From NCBI GenBank assembly GCA_002269645.1, contig NIVC01000180.1, forward strand, positions 186,001 through 250,000: 64,000 bases of DNA. The letters run 5' to 3'. The translations under genes and the position numbers were made by a program. Within the stretch, counting starts at the first letter, position 1, and each line of letters opens with the position of its first letter. Shown one piece after another: positions 35,280-45,644 of this stretch. This DNA is from Macrostomum lignano (taxonomy: Eukaryota). The notes under the pieces were generated by a model. It saw only the letters and a list, made by a program, of their open reading frames with translations, ran no database searches and had not been told where the DNA came from.

Positions 35280-36816
35280 TCAGTTCTCAGCCGCGTCCGC
35301 AGCCTCAATATCAGCCCGAGCCTTCGGTAGCAACTTCTCCAAGCGCTTGGCTACCGCGGCAAACTCGAAGGTGTCCTCGAACGTCTCTTTGCCGGGATTG
35401 TACACGTTTCGAATGGGCAGACCGTCCAGTCTCTTCTTGAGCTTGTGACACCTGTCCAGGTAAGCATCGAAGTTGTCAACAAAGTATCGGGCAGCGGACA
35501 AGTGCAGGGCCGGCGGCAGCGAGCGCTGCTCCAGCTGCTGGCAGACGGCGATTCGCAGAGTCTCGTAGGCGATTTGGTCGTTGTAGTGTTGATTGCTTTG
35601 CTCGCATTCTCGCATCGGTGCCGGCTCGTGCTTCAATGGCTGGTCATCAAGTCGAAATTGCATGTCGTGGATTATGTTCTCCAGGCGGTAGCTTGAATCC
35701 CAAGTGCATTCTCCCCAGGTGTTCTGAATAGGATCAAGGAATTTTTATTGGCTTGTATCAGAAAAAGCCGTATATTTTTGCAATAACTGTAGGTACATTG
35801 TAGGTACAACGCTACAATCATCCCAAAAAATGAAGTCAAAGAGATAACTAAGCTCGACAAGAGACAGGAGTTCAAGCTCAACTTTTGCCCCTGTAAGACA
35901 TGGCATCCACCGGTCTACGAAACGAAATATATAAGCAGAGGCGCCTTAGGGCAAGCATATCAAAACACCAAATACGAGCGTTTCAGAGTTGCAAATCCTG
36001 CGTACGCCAAGGGAGTCGTAGTCTAGTTGGTTAGGGCGTCGGACTCACGACTTGAAGGTCGAGGGTTCGATTCTGGACCCCACTCGGAACAATTTGTGTC
36101 CTTGAGCGAGACGCTTAACTCTGCATTGCTTCAGTTCACCCAGCTGTAAAATGGGCTCCAGTTCCAGAATTAGCTGGGGTAATTGAGGGCGTGTGTGTGT
36201 GGCGACCCCCCAGTCCTTGGAATTGCTGCGGCTGAGCTCAGTTGCAACTACTCGTACCTATTAGGATACCTATTAAGAAAAAATCCTATATACCAAAAAT
36301 GATCAGTGGGCTTTCAAAGCTCACCAGAATGCTCATGCACACGCAGCCTCTCTCATAGAAGTTGGGATGGAACCGAACCCTGTCGCCGTGGCTGGCTGTG
36401 CGGAAAGCCACGTAGGGCGGTCGCTGCGGATAGTCTGGCGGCGCGCGGACTGAGAAGTGAAAAAATCCGCCAGCGTAGGGAGTGCCGTCGCCACCTCGAA
36501 GCAGCAGCTCCGCGCGCACTGCGCAGTCCTCGTCGGGAAACACTTCCGCCAGAGGCTGCGGCTGATGGCAAAGACGGCGAAGATCGTCGGTGAAGCGCTT
36601 CAGACACTGCCGTGATGGCGCAGGCTCGGAATCGCGGCTTGGGTGGTCTGGGTCCCATTGCTCGGGCCTTTTGTAGGCATCCCAGTTGCCCATAGGCATA
36701 GGCATTAGCATAGGCATAGGCATGGGAATGGGTATGGGCATGGGCTCCCCAGACATGGGGAGGAATGGCATTGGAAAAGACTGTGGTGTGGATGTGGGGT
36801 CATGGAATGGGAACAT
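35280..36816 (-). CDS. UBE2Z: Ubiquitin-conjugating enzyme E2 Z-like (USE1), ~311 aa
   Basis: Exons 36816-36325 and 35723-35280 (phase 0). QCLKRF, GTPYAGGFF, PPDYPQRPP, RFHPNFYERGCVCMSILNTW (catalytic Cys kept), HEP...YNDQIAYETLRIAVC matches the UBE2Z C-terminal extension. Confidence 0.85.
36011..36278 (+). mobile_element. tRNA-derived SINE with a CORE/Meta-like central domain, antisense in the UBE2Z intron
   Basis: Head with A-box (TAGTCTAGTTGG) and B-box (GGTTCGATTC). Central TGTGTCCTTGAGCGAGACGCTTAAC...TCAGTTCACCCAGCTGTAAAATGGG. Short TACCTATTA repeats at the tail. Confidence 0.75.
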
Positions 36817-39282
36817 TTTTGTTGTTTTCAAAGGTTTGCAAAATTGTGTCAAGTATTAAATAGTCAGCATAAACAGGATAATGTTTCATTATACAGTAAA
36901 TTCCAAGACTCAAAAGTATTTCGAACATTTCATCAACTACACAATGTCAACCACAGGCATAGCTATAGCAAAAATTATATGTAAGCAACAAAGATGGCAA
37001 AAAATCTAAGTATATCTTAAACAAATTATTGAAATGTTTAATTAGTTGACTGACAAAAACAAATGGTATGGGCTATTACTACAATTTTTTACTTATTAAT
37101 ATTAAAAATTACTATGGGTAACTTTAGTATTTAGTATCCTAGTTACATAGGTAACTTTCAAGTCAAACAATTGAAAATATAAGCACCCTAAAGCTAAAAG
37201 GCCAAAGCAATATATTAAAGTAAGAAAATATATTTATAGTTACTAAGAATAAATAATAAGGTAAATCATGAAACAGATTATAAAACAATGTGTCCAATGT
37301 GTATATTAAGTAGTCTCAGTAATTAAAAAATCAAAACTATACTTAAACTTGGAATCTTTAAGCGTTGCACAAGGTAAAATGTCATTTATTAAATATCTAA
37401 AAATTAAATAGTTAAAATTAAATTTAACGACTCAATGAGCTGGTCATGGACCAGCTGCAGAAGCGAAGTGGTCAAAGCCAAAAGGATATAAAATTCTATG
37501 GTTGATATGCTTCTAAAGTTTCTAAAAGAATGGTCAACTGGTAGTAAATACTAACCGTCGACTACTTTAAAAACTTTTTTGGGCAAAATAGTATCTGTAT
37601 ATCAATCATACAGCTCACAGCTTGCCTTGTTCTATTTCTCGCAAACTTGCAAGTACAAAAGCTCTAAAAGCTTTTCTTAGGTCAGTTATTTTTTTAGACT
37701 CCTGAAAGCGAAAATTTTCGTGTGTAAAATATATTATATTTTTCAAATATTATTCTTAATTAAAACTTGTTTATTAAAAAATTAAATGCAGTATTTAGAA
37801 AAAAACTTTAAAAGACAAAAAATATTGTTAATCTATGCTAACACCGAAAATTTTATCTATGCCTCGTGCCTTTGTCGATTAGTTTCTGCCTCATGCGATC
37901 TATAGTTGCTACGCCAACGCTATGTAACACAATAGATCAATGAATCAACACACCAAACATTCTTACTTTGTATTATCATCTGTGTGCATGCGTGCGACAC
38001 TTCACAAAGCTAAGCCTAAAGAAAGGGCCGATTAAATCCAACAGTGTAACAAAACAGATCCTTAAACCAAAGGCCTAAACAACAGCAAGGCAAGATAATC
38101 AAGATTAGGCTTAAACTTAGTTTGCAGTGATCAGTGGGTCCCGTCTAGTCCAGTCCAGTAACTATACTATTATAATAATGTAATATTTTAATTACTTTAA
38201 ATGAATAGTATGTAATTTATAAGCCTTTTTAATAGTGTTGAGACTCCATAGAAATTTTGAAAGATTTTTTCTATTTCAGTTAATACGGGCCTAATGATAA
38301 ACCTTATTTGATTTGCCTGGGGCTAGGCCTAGCCTCCTAAGGCTAAGCTAAGGCTAGGTATAAAGACACTTGCTTTTAATTAATCTTGTCAAATAATAGA
38401 AAAATTAATATTAATAAAACTTTGTAGGCCCTTATCTTGTATCTTAACTTGAAGTTAAATTTCAACATTTTTTTATTATTTTAGTGATGTATTACATAAT
38501 ACATTTTACTAGGCTCTAGCCTCTAGGCCCTATTATTACTAATGTTAGTATTAGACTGTGTCTGTAAGCATTTGCATTAGGCCTAGGCCTATTATTGTGT
38601 TGTAGGTCTATAGGGCTACTTTTCTAATTCCTATTATTGAATATCCTATATTGTCTAAAAGATAGGCCTATAAAAAACAAATAAATAAATATATTACATT
38701 TGTCCTCTTTACCCTTTTAACTTTAAAAGTGTAAAAGAAAAATGAGGTTTATGATCATTTAAATGGCAAAAGGTAGCATCATTCCACAAGAGGGTCCTAT
38801 CATGTTTTTTGAACTTTAAGCACTTGTAATTTTTTAACCATGTCATAATAGATAAAACAAAACTGCAAAAAGCAATCTATGTCAAACTTTTAGCTCTATA
38901 TTATTCAAATAGCTAGGCCTACTTATGAATTCTAAAACAACTGAATATATAGCAAAGCATAAAATTTGCTAGGCCTATCATTAGATCAGTAGAGCATAAA
39001 GTCTGCCATATACAAATATATTAAATATTTGAAAAGCATGCTTTTTAAAAAAAACAAAATAAAAGAAGTGTTGTGTAAAAAGTAAAAAAAGCCTTATAAA
39101 AAATAAAAGAAGCATTATATAAAAAATAAATATCATGTAAAATATAAAAAAACCTTATGTCAAAAAGATTATCATTTCAAACCTAAAAAAGCATCATACA
39201 AACTAAAAAATATAATGTTGGAAATAAAAAGCCTTATATAAGCTTGCTTTGACTTTTAGGCATGCTTGGGTACAACTTAGGG

Positions 39283-39411
39283 ATTCACCTGGCCATTTCT
39301 ATTGGCAACACACATGTAAATTGCTATTGGACGGAATAGTAATCACGTGACTACTCTTAGCCAATAGCAATTTACATGTGTATGTTCCCAATAGAATCAA
39401 CCGAGTGATTT
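39283..39411. repeat. Imperfect palindrome (~110-130 bp) centred on CACGTG; MITE-like or regulatory
   Basis: Arms ACACATGTAAATTGCTATTGG and CCAATAGCAATTTACATGTGT are exact reverse complements, with weaker outer arms. Confidence 0.75.
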
Positions 39412-40609
39412 TCAAGGTTGCGCATATATGCTTTTAGGGGAAAGTTATTAAGATGTCAAGGCTCATGGCAAATAACAAATGTAAATAATTATGCAAATAT
39501 TTTTGAGATATCAAGGCTTTAGGGTGAAGGTTAGGTTTAGGTTAGGTTTGGGTTATGGGTTAGGGTTAGAAGGATTTCAAGGTTGATAAGAGATTTTTTT
39601 AGATTTTAAGATATTTTAGAATTTAGATAAATAAGAAAATCAATATGCTTCTAAATATATAAATATCTTAAGAAAAGTCATACCAAAATAATAATTATTC
39701 AAAAATAGATATGTTGACATTTATGAGATAAAAGTGTATATTGATTTGCATATTGTATCAACTATATTAGTTAATGATAACTATTTAGCTAGTTAACTAT
39801 TTTAGTTAATAAATTACTCAAGATACTCAAGTAAAGAGATTCCTAACTTGTATAAATAAAATATACAAATGTACTAAACTGTTATTCTAATTAAGATTAC
39901 AATTCTAGTATACACTAATAGGTTAATTAAATTCTAGTTAGATTGATTATATTCTCAAAAAATGTCATAGGACTAAACTATAGCAATATAGGCTTAACTT
40001 GCATTTAGGTTATTCTAAGATTAATCTTTAGCTTATATAGTAATTTAAAAATTTTAACATACTAAGCATTTTAACATACTAAGCATTGAAATACTATTAA
40101 CAATTAAGGTAACAAGAATCTAAGGAATAAGTAAGGTTTGTTATGGTTGGCTCATGGCTTAATTAGAAAATTGCCTAATGGCAAAAAGGAAAGTTGCTCA
40201 GATAAAATGTCACAAAAGAAGAAAGATCTAGGCCTAGCCTGATTTTTGTCACAAGCCTAAATAATTTTAAAATTTTATAACTTTTTGCAGGCCTATAGTA
40301 TTTCTATTCAATTTTATACTTTTCAATATACAAATTTGAGAGAGAATATAGGTAAAATTTTAACTTTAATTTAAATAATCCTGCTGTCATACGTAGTGAA
40401 TAGTCTTGAAACTTTACTTTCAATGGCATCTCATTAGGGGATATATAGGAAGCAAAATTTATGGCTGGTAGATTTTCTGCAACTGTTCAAGTCCTTAAAA
40501 GAAGAGGCACAATCTTTAGCTTGTTTTCAATTTTTAATTTTTCAGCTGACTAAGCATCACTGCTTGGACCTTTTTTCTGAGTTCCAACAATTTTAACTGA
40601 GTTGGTAGC

Positions 40610-43600
40610 ATGGATCTACCATACTGCGAATTGTGTAGTGAATATTTCTACACACCCATTGACTATAATGCCCACCTTGTGTCCAATGAACACTTGCAAA
40701 AGCTGCTTAGCTTTCCTGTTGGCCAGTCAGCTTCAAATCCTATGCCAGTAGGCTCTAATCAGGAAGATATAGGAGAACTTGAGCTAGTCCAGTCTGATTT
40801 TATTTATGTGTCACAGCACACACCTCAGTTGGCACAGATCTACAAAGTCTATCAAAACCATATCAGACAAATGATACCATTTGGCATGAGCTACATACTG
40901 CTCCTTGATGCTGTTCCGCCAAGCATGTGGCAGGGCATGATCTCAGCATTGAACGAGTTCTCTGTGTCATTTCCACTGTTTGTTCAAAGCGGCTCGTCTG
41001 GTTCTCCGCCTGCTGACAAGCAGCTAATGGACTTTGTATTGGTTGTTGACATCGATCCGTCTACCACAGCCAAGCAGTTGGCTGCTTGCATTGGTACTAG
41101 AGAGACCGATCTTGCACTGATACCCGGCGATTCTGGCTCCGACACCACTGGTTTTCTGCGCATCAGCCACTCCAAACGGCAGGTAGTGCTGGATAGAATT
41201 CGTTCGGCTCGCGTGCCACCTCGTCAGCGTCAGATTGATGCGTTTGAACTGTGGGGACCTCGCGCTTCTTCCTATAGTGGGGCGCGTTCGCCCACTTCAC
41301 CCCCGTTGCAGTCTTCACTTGCCCCATCGCCGAAGCTTAATAAGGATGTGCCTGGACTGCTCGCATCTTTGTCGTCTAGGACAATGAAGTTGGCAGCATC
41401 GTCTACTGCTACTACATCCTCATCTGGCTTGCCACCTAAGTCTGACAGCTATCGCCCTAGCTCTCCCAGCCAAGGTGGCAGGATACCATCTACATCCCTA
41501 GGTAGCAGCGGTCGCGGCCGCAGCAGCAGCAGCAGGCATCGAGCAGACGAGAGCAGAAGCCATCGCGACAGGTCCAGGTCCAAACACGGTTCCGGATCGC
41601 GGCTCCGGTCTAGATCGCGTTCTCGAGAGCGCAGATGCAGCCGAAGCCGCAGTCGCCAACGAGGTCATAGTCGAAGTAGCAAAGACCCCCAGCGAGATCA
41701 GGATCGCAATCGCGACCGAGATACTCGCAGTGAACGCGGCCCCGACCGTAATTCTGAGCAGGGCAGCGGCTATAAGCGTCGTGGTAGGCGAAGTTCGTTC
41801 TCCATGCACGAAGCTGCTGAGGAGCAAGAGGATGACTACGATGAGACGCCGTCTTGCTATCTGGAGCGCACTTGGTCAATCAAATTTGGCGGTATGCCAT
41901 ACCTTCGAATCTCAGGATTCGATCCAGAGGTAGATACAGTCGACTTGGTTGACGCCGTCTGCAGCCGAATTGACGGTATAGAAAGCATTTACGCATTTAC
42001 TCACCCTAAGGGTTTGAGAAAGAGTGTTATTTGCAACTTAAGCGAACAGACACCTATGCCCTCGGTTAATCAAGTCAAGGACAAGATTGGTGACCTGTGC
42101 AGTAACGAGCATCTGTTTGCACAGGACTATACAGAAGAGGCATTTCATCAAATTAAGTTTAATCTTCCGCATACATTTTTCTTTGTCCCCGTAACTAAGA
42201 CGCGAGCCTTTGAGCCCATGTTTCTATTAATTTGGAATATACCAGGCAATGTGCATCCGAATCACATTCTGTACAACATGCGTAGGTCTATGCCCAGCGC
42301 ACGCAGTTTTAACTGTCCGCGACTATTTCGGAAGTCATATAAGCAAGGCCGATTCAAGAGCAACGCAATTCAATTGAACTGTGGCTACGCCGTTGCTAGG
42401 TTCAACAGCTCCGAAGACTGCACCGTGATGATGCAAAGACTCGAAGAAGCTGCCGAGGAGGAGTTGCAGGCTGTATTTTCAAGCGGTAAAGTAAAGTTCT
42501 CGTTCGTATGCATGCAAGAGACTTGCTTGATTCCGCCATTTTCCTTTCCCTGTCACAACTTTCTTCATTGGGACCTCGATTCCGACTGGGATAGCATGTG
42601 TCCACAAGACTCTTTGCCTGACAGGCCTTATGTACCGTTTGTGTGCAACTGCCACACCGACTCCATGCCGATAGCACCACACGCTTCGGCTCTAGATGTC
42701 GTCGCCAAACATATTGTTGAACAGCTCGCGGTCGATGGTCCTTCTGTTGTGTGCCAGAAGTTGACCGAACTGCTTAAGCTCGAGGACAGCTGTCCAAAGA
42801 AATTTGCATGCGTCGAAGACCGGCCCGCTTCGGATCGCGTGCCCCCTATCGAGCTGGGCAGTGTTCAGCTCGGATCGGCCAGTAGTTATTGGTGTTTGCT
42901 TTACGGGCCCGACATATACTACACTGCAAGAGGCTTTCCATTGAGTATGGACTCATTCGAAATCGAAGAGATCGTGAAGCGAACTTGCAAAGCTTACTGC
43001 ATCTACGTGCACATTTATCCTCAGCCGGTGCCTCAAGTGCTGACAAAACAAGCCGTGTTTCGCTGCTCACCCGCTGCGACGAGTTCGTCCATGTTCTCAG
43101 CTACGCGATCGCTTCAAATAAAGCTTAACGAAGAGATGGAGCGCCTCAATATACAGCTGCCGGACAACATTTTTGTGAGCGAATGGAGCTATCGATCTTG
43201 GGACAAGTTCAAGCACTTGCGCCCGTTTATGTTACCATTCTGCCCCGTGCCGAACGGCTACAGGAAGCCGCACTTCATCCTAGTGTGGAACATCAACTCC
43301 GAGTTGGGCAAGCACGTCTTGGTGCGAAACTTCCTTAAGAAGTACCCGCAAGTGCGCAGCGTCTTTTCGCCGCATCTCCAACCAGCTCAGGTCTGCCGCA
43401 ACTGCGAGTTCTGCGTGCTGCGCTTCGACAACCCCGATGATTGCGTGCGCACCTATGCATCGATGCGAATCATGACAGAGCAAGAGCTGCAGGCTCTGTG
43501 CCCCAGGTCAGACATTCGCTTTATCCTGTGCCGCATGGAGGAGACCTGCTACATCCGACCGTTTCTATTTCCGTGCCACAATTTCTTCTTCTGGTACGGC

Positions 43601-43828
43601 CGTAACGATGAAGGTCAGACGAACAACGGCGACAGGCTGTTTGTTGAAAGTTGGTCCCGTCGGTTTGACTGCGTCTGCCACCCCTACTGCGAGGCCTTGA
43701 CCCCTGGCGGACCGCAGCTGCTTCGCTTTGCGCGAATGGTGCACACGGCCGTTGAAAAATCTACGTGCGAAGCTGTCAAGAACTGCCTGCTGATGTATAT
43801 CGAGGCCACGCAAGATGCGACCAAATGA
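40610..43828 (+). CDS. Intronless 1072-aa protein: N-terminal U1/matrin-type C2H2 zinc finger, RS-rich region and several divergent RRM-like domains in a duplicated module
   Basis: Long stop-free ORF. C-x2-C-x12-H-x5-H at the N-terminus; RSRSRSRER tract at ~41500-41790; internal repeat ETCLIPPFSFPCHNF / ETCYIRPFLFPCHNF 341 codons apart. RRM assignment is by eye. Confidence 0.82.
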   Translation: MDLPYCELCSEYFYTPIDYNAHLVSNEHLQKLLSFPVGQSASNPMPVGSNQEDIGELELVQSDFIYVSQHTPQLAQIYKVYQNHIRQMIPFGMSYILLLDAVPPSMWQGMISALNEFSVSFPLFVQSGSSGSPPADKQLMDFVLVVDIDPSTTAKQLAACIGTRETDLALIPGDSGSDTTGFLRISHSKRQVVLDRIRSARVPPRQRQIDAFELWGPRASSYSGARSPTSPPLQSSLAPSPKLNKDVPGLLASLSSRTMKLAASSTATTSSSGLPPKSDSYRPSSPSQGGRIPSTSLGSSGRGRSSSSRHRADESRSHRDRSRSKHGSGSRLRSRSRSRERRCSRSRSRQRGHSRSSKDPQRDQDRNRDRDTRSERGPDRNSEQGSGYKRRGRRSSFSMHEAAEEQEDDYDETPSCYLERTWSIKFGGMPYLRISGFDPEVDTVDLVDAVCSRIDGIESIYAFTHPKGLRKSVICNLSEQTPMPSVNQVKDKIGDLCSNEHLFAQDYTEEAFHQIKFNLPHTFFFVPVTKTRAFEPMFLLIWNIPGNVHPNHILYNMRRSMPSARSFNCPRLFRKSYKQGRFKSNAIQLNCGYAVARFNSSEDCTVMMQRLEEAAEEELQAVFSSGKVKFSFVCMQETCLIPPFSFPCHNFLHWDLDSDWDSMCPQDSLPDRPYVPFVCNCHTDSMPIAPHASALDVVAKHIVEQLAVDGPSVVCQKLTELLKLEDSCPKKFACVEDRPASDRVPPIELGSVQLGSASSYWCLLYGPDIYYTARGFPLSMDSFEIEEIVKRTCKAYCIYVHIYPQPVPQVLTKQAVFRCSPAATSSSMFSATRSLQIKLNEEMERLNIQLPDNIFVSEWSYRSWDKFKHLRPFMLPFCPVPNGYRKPHFILVWNINSELGKHVLVRNFLKKYPQVRSVFSPHLQPAQVCRNCEFCVLRFDNPDDCVRTYASMRIMTEQELQALCPRSDIRFILCRMEETCYIRPFLFPCHNFFFWYGRNDEGQTNNGDRLFVESWSRRFDCVCHPYCEALTPGGPQLLRFARMVHTAVEKSTCEAVKNCLLMYIEATQDATK

Positions 43829-45020
43829 ATGCCTCTTGATTAATGATGCTTGCATGTACAATTCTTCAGTTAAGAATCGTGTTGTGTATTGCCGTACAAA
43901 TTCTCGTTTCGCTGTTTTTACTTTTAATTCAAGTTCCCATATATTAATATTTGCAAGCTTTTCAGAATGAAATCACCGTAGCATTTGTCCGTACAACGCG
44001 ATATTTAAATCATTGCTTATAACGTTGAAGTTTAAAATTTCTATTAATTGGTAATTTAACCGTAAATCACTGGTTCAAAATATTCTCAAGCGCGCCCTCT
44101 CATTTCGCTGTCTTATTTAATTGCGCTTACTTTTGTTCATTGTTCTGTGGTTCATTCTTAGTTTTATTCTGTTAGTGTGATATAAAATGATTGAGTTCTC
44201 ACGCTGTTTTTGCGAAAGTTATGTTTATATATTGTTTAATCAAGACTGTCATTCGTGCAAAACTACGAGTCCTCGGCTCATTAGTTCAACTTTTGATGCT
44301 TTTAAGAGTTGAATTTATGAAAAATTAATTAGCCGTCTGTTCGCTTGCGGATCCATAAATTACACTTGGTCTATTGCATGAACATATATTAACAGTTTGC
44401 AATAGGCAGCGGAAGTGACCGGGTTCGAGTTGAAGTCAACTATCAGGTGTAGCAAGGTTAGAAAAGTCACTTGCTCTCGTTCTTTCTATATCGTACTTTC
44501 CTTTCAGTTGGAGAACAGTGCAAATACCGCAATAACCTATGCACTAAGTTCCCAGTTGTGTCTGAATTCTGTTACGAGAATGGCGAATCGTTCTTAAATT
44601 ATTTGGTCCGTTGCTCAGCTATGCGTTCTGTTTCATTTAATATAAATACATGCAATGCATCCACTTGCTTTGTCAACTATTTATTTGAGTTAAGCACAGC
44701 GTTGAACTCACTGTCTTGCTGTCTTCTACCGGCTTTATTTGGTTTTAAGAGTACTCGTAGCTGAAATTTTCACTTTTCGCCATTTTAAGCCTTTATATAC
44801 TATTTAGTAATGCTAAACATTGTGGCAAGCATAGCTTGCGCATAGAAGCAATTTAGAAGTCTTAAAATCTGCTAAATATTCTACATTATACAATATATTG
44901 CTTGAATATTGAATCAAACTTAGCATGTTAATTGAAAGTTCTGCTTTCAGTATTAGCTATAGCTTTAGGAAGGCATAAGAATGAAAAACATTTGGCTTAA
45001 ATGAAGAAATTTATTAATAG

Positions 45021-45644
45021 GCTCACTTGCACCTGCTCGGGCAGGAAAATTCGCAGACCTCAACGAGTAGCCGGCAGCAGCCGCAGTCTTCAGCGGCGGC
45101 TGAAGAGAGCCGCGAGCTCACCCACGAGGACATGGTGTACATGAAGAAGTGCCGGGACGAGTCCATGGTCTATGGCCAGTTGCCGCTCACCGGCCTTTTC
45201 TCGGGCTTTGTGTGGTACCGCCACCGGGCCGGCTACTACAATCACCTGCCATTCGCCGCTGTCCTTGGCCGCTACTTCTTCGCCCTGAGCACCGGCATCG
45301 TGCTCGGCCTGGTCGCCTACGTGCCGCTCTGCCTGTCCCGGGTGACCCGAGTAGACATGGTTGACAGTGTGCTGCAGGACCGGATGCTCAAGCTGCGGTC
45401 TAACCAGCAGCTGGATGAGAATTCTCGACTTCGCGTGCCAGACATTGGGCCGAACGAGCCGTTTCGCGACCCCTATCTGAAGGCTTTGGGTTCCGAGGAA
45501 GGGTTCACAACCTACAAACAGAGGCGCGAGCTCTCCAGACAGCTGGCTCGGGAGAGGCCGAGTAACCAGCAGCAGGAGCAGCAAACTGCCCAGTTATTGC
45601 CTGATTCTAATGAGCACTCAGAAGCTTCGCTGGCTTGGCAGTAG
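45021..45644 (+). CDS. OCIA-domain protein (OCIAD/asrij-like); start or first exon unresolved
   Basis: EDMVYMKKCRDESMVYGQLPL...two hydrophobic segments...GLVAYVPLC resembles the OCIA domain pattern (ECxxES...LP; G..SY...C). The ORF-track start is TTG, so an upstream exon is likely. Confidence 0.68.
   Translation, partial: AHLHLLGQENSQTSTSSRQQPQSSAAAEESRELTHEDMVYMKKCRDESMVYGQLPLTGLFSGFVWYRHRAGYYNHLPFAAVLGRYFFALSTGIVLGLVAYVPLCLSRVTRVDMVDSVLQDRMLKLRSNQQLDENSRLRVPDIGPNEPFRDPYLKALGSEEGFTTYKQRRELSRQLARERPSNQQQEQQTAQLLPDSNEHSEASLAWQ

Noticed and set aside
36011-36085. Functional tRNA gene (apparent CAC anticodon)
   Set aside because: The acceptor and T stems pair poorly, and the sequence runs directly into a SINE central domain, so it is treated as a SINE head.
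39530-39570. Interstitial telomere (TTAGGG-like; also at ~7325 and ~60299)
   Set aside because: Only 2-6 degenerate units, which is common in repeats and too short to call.
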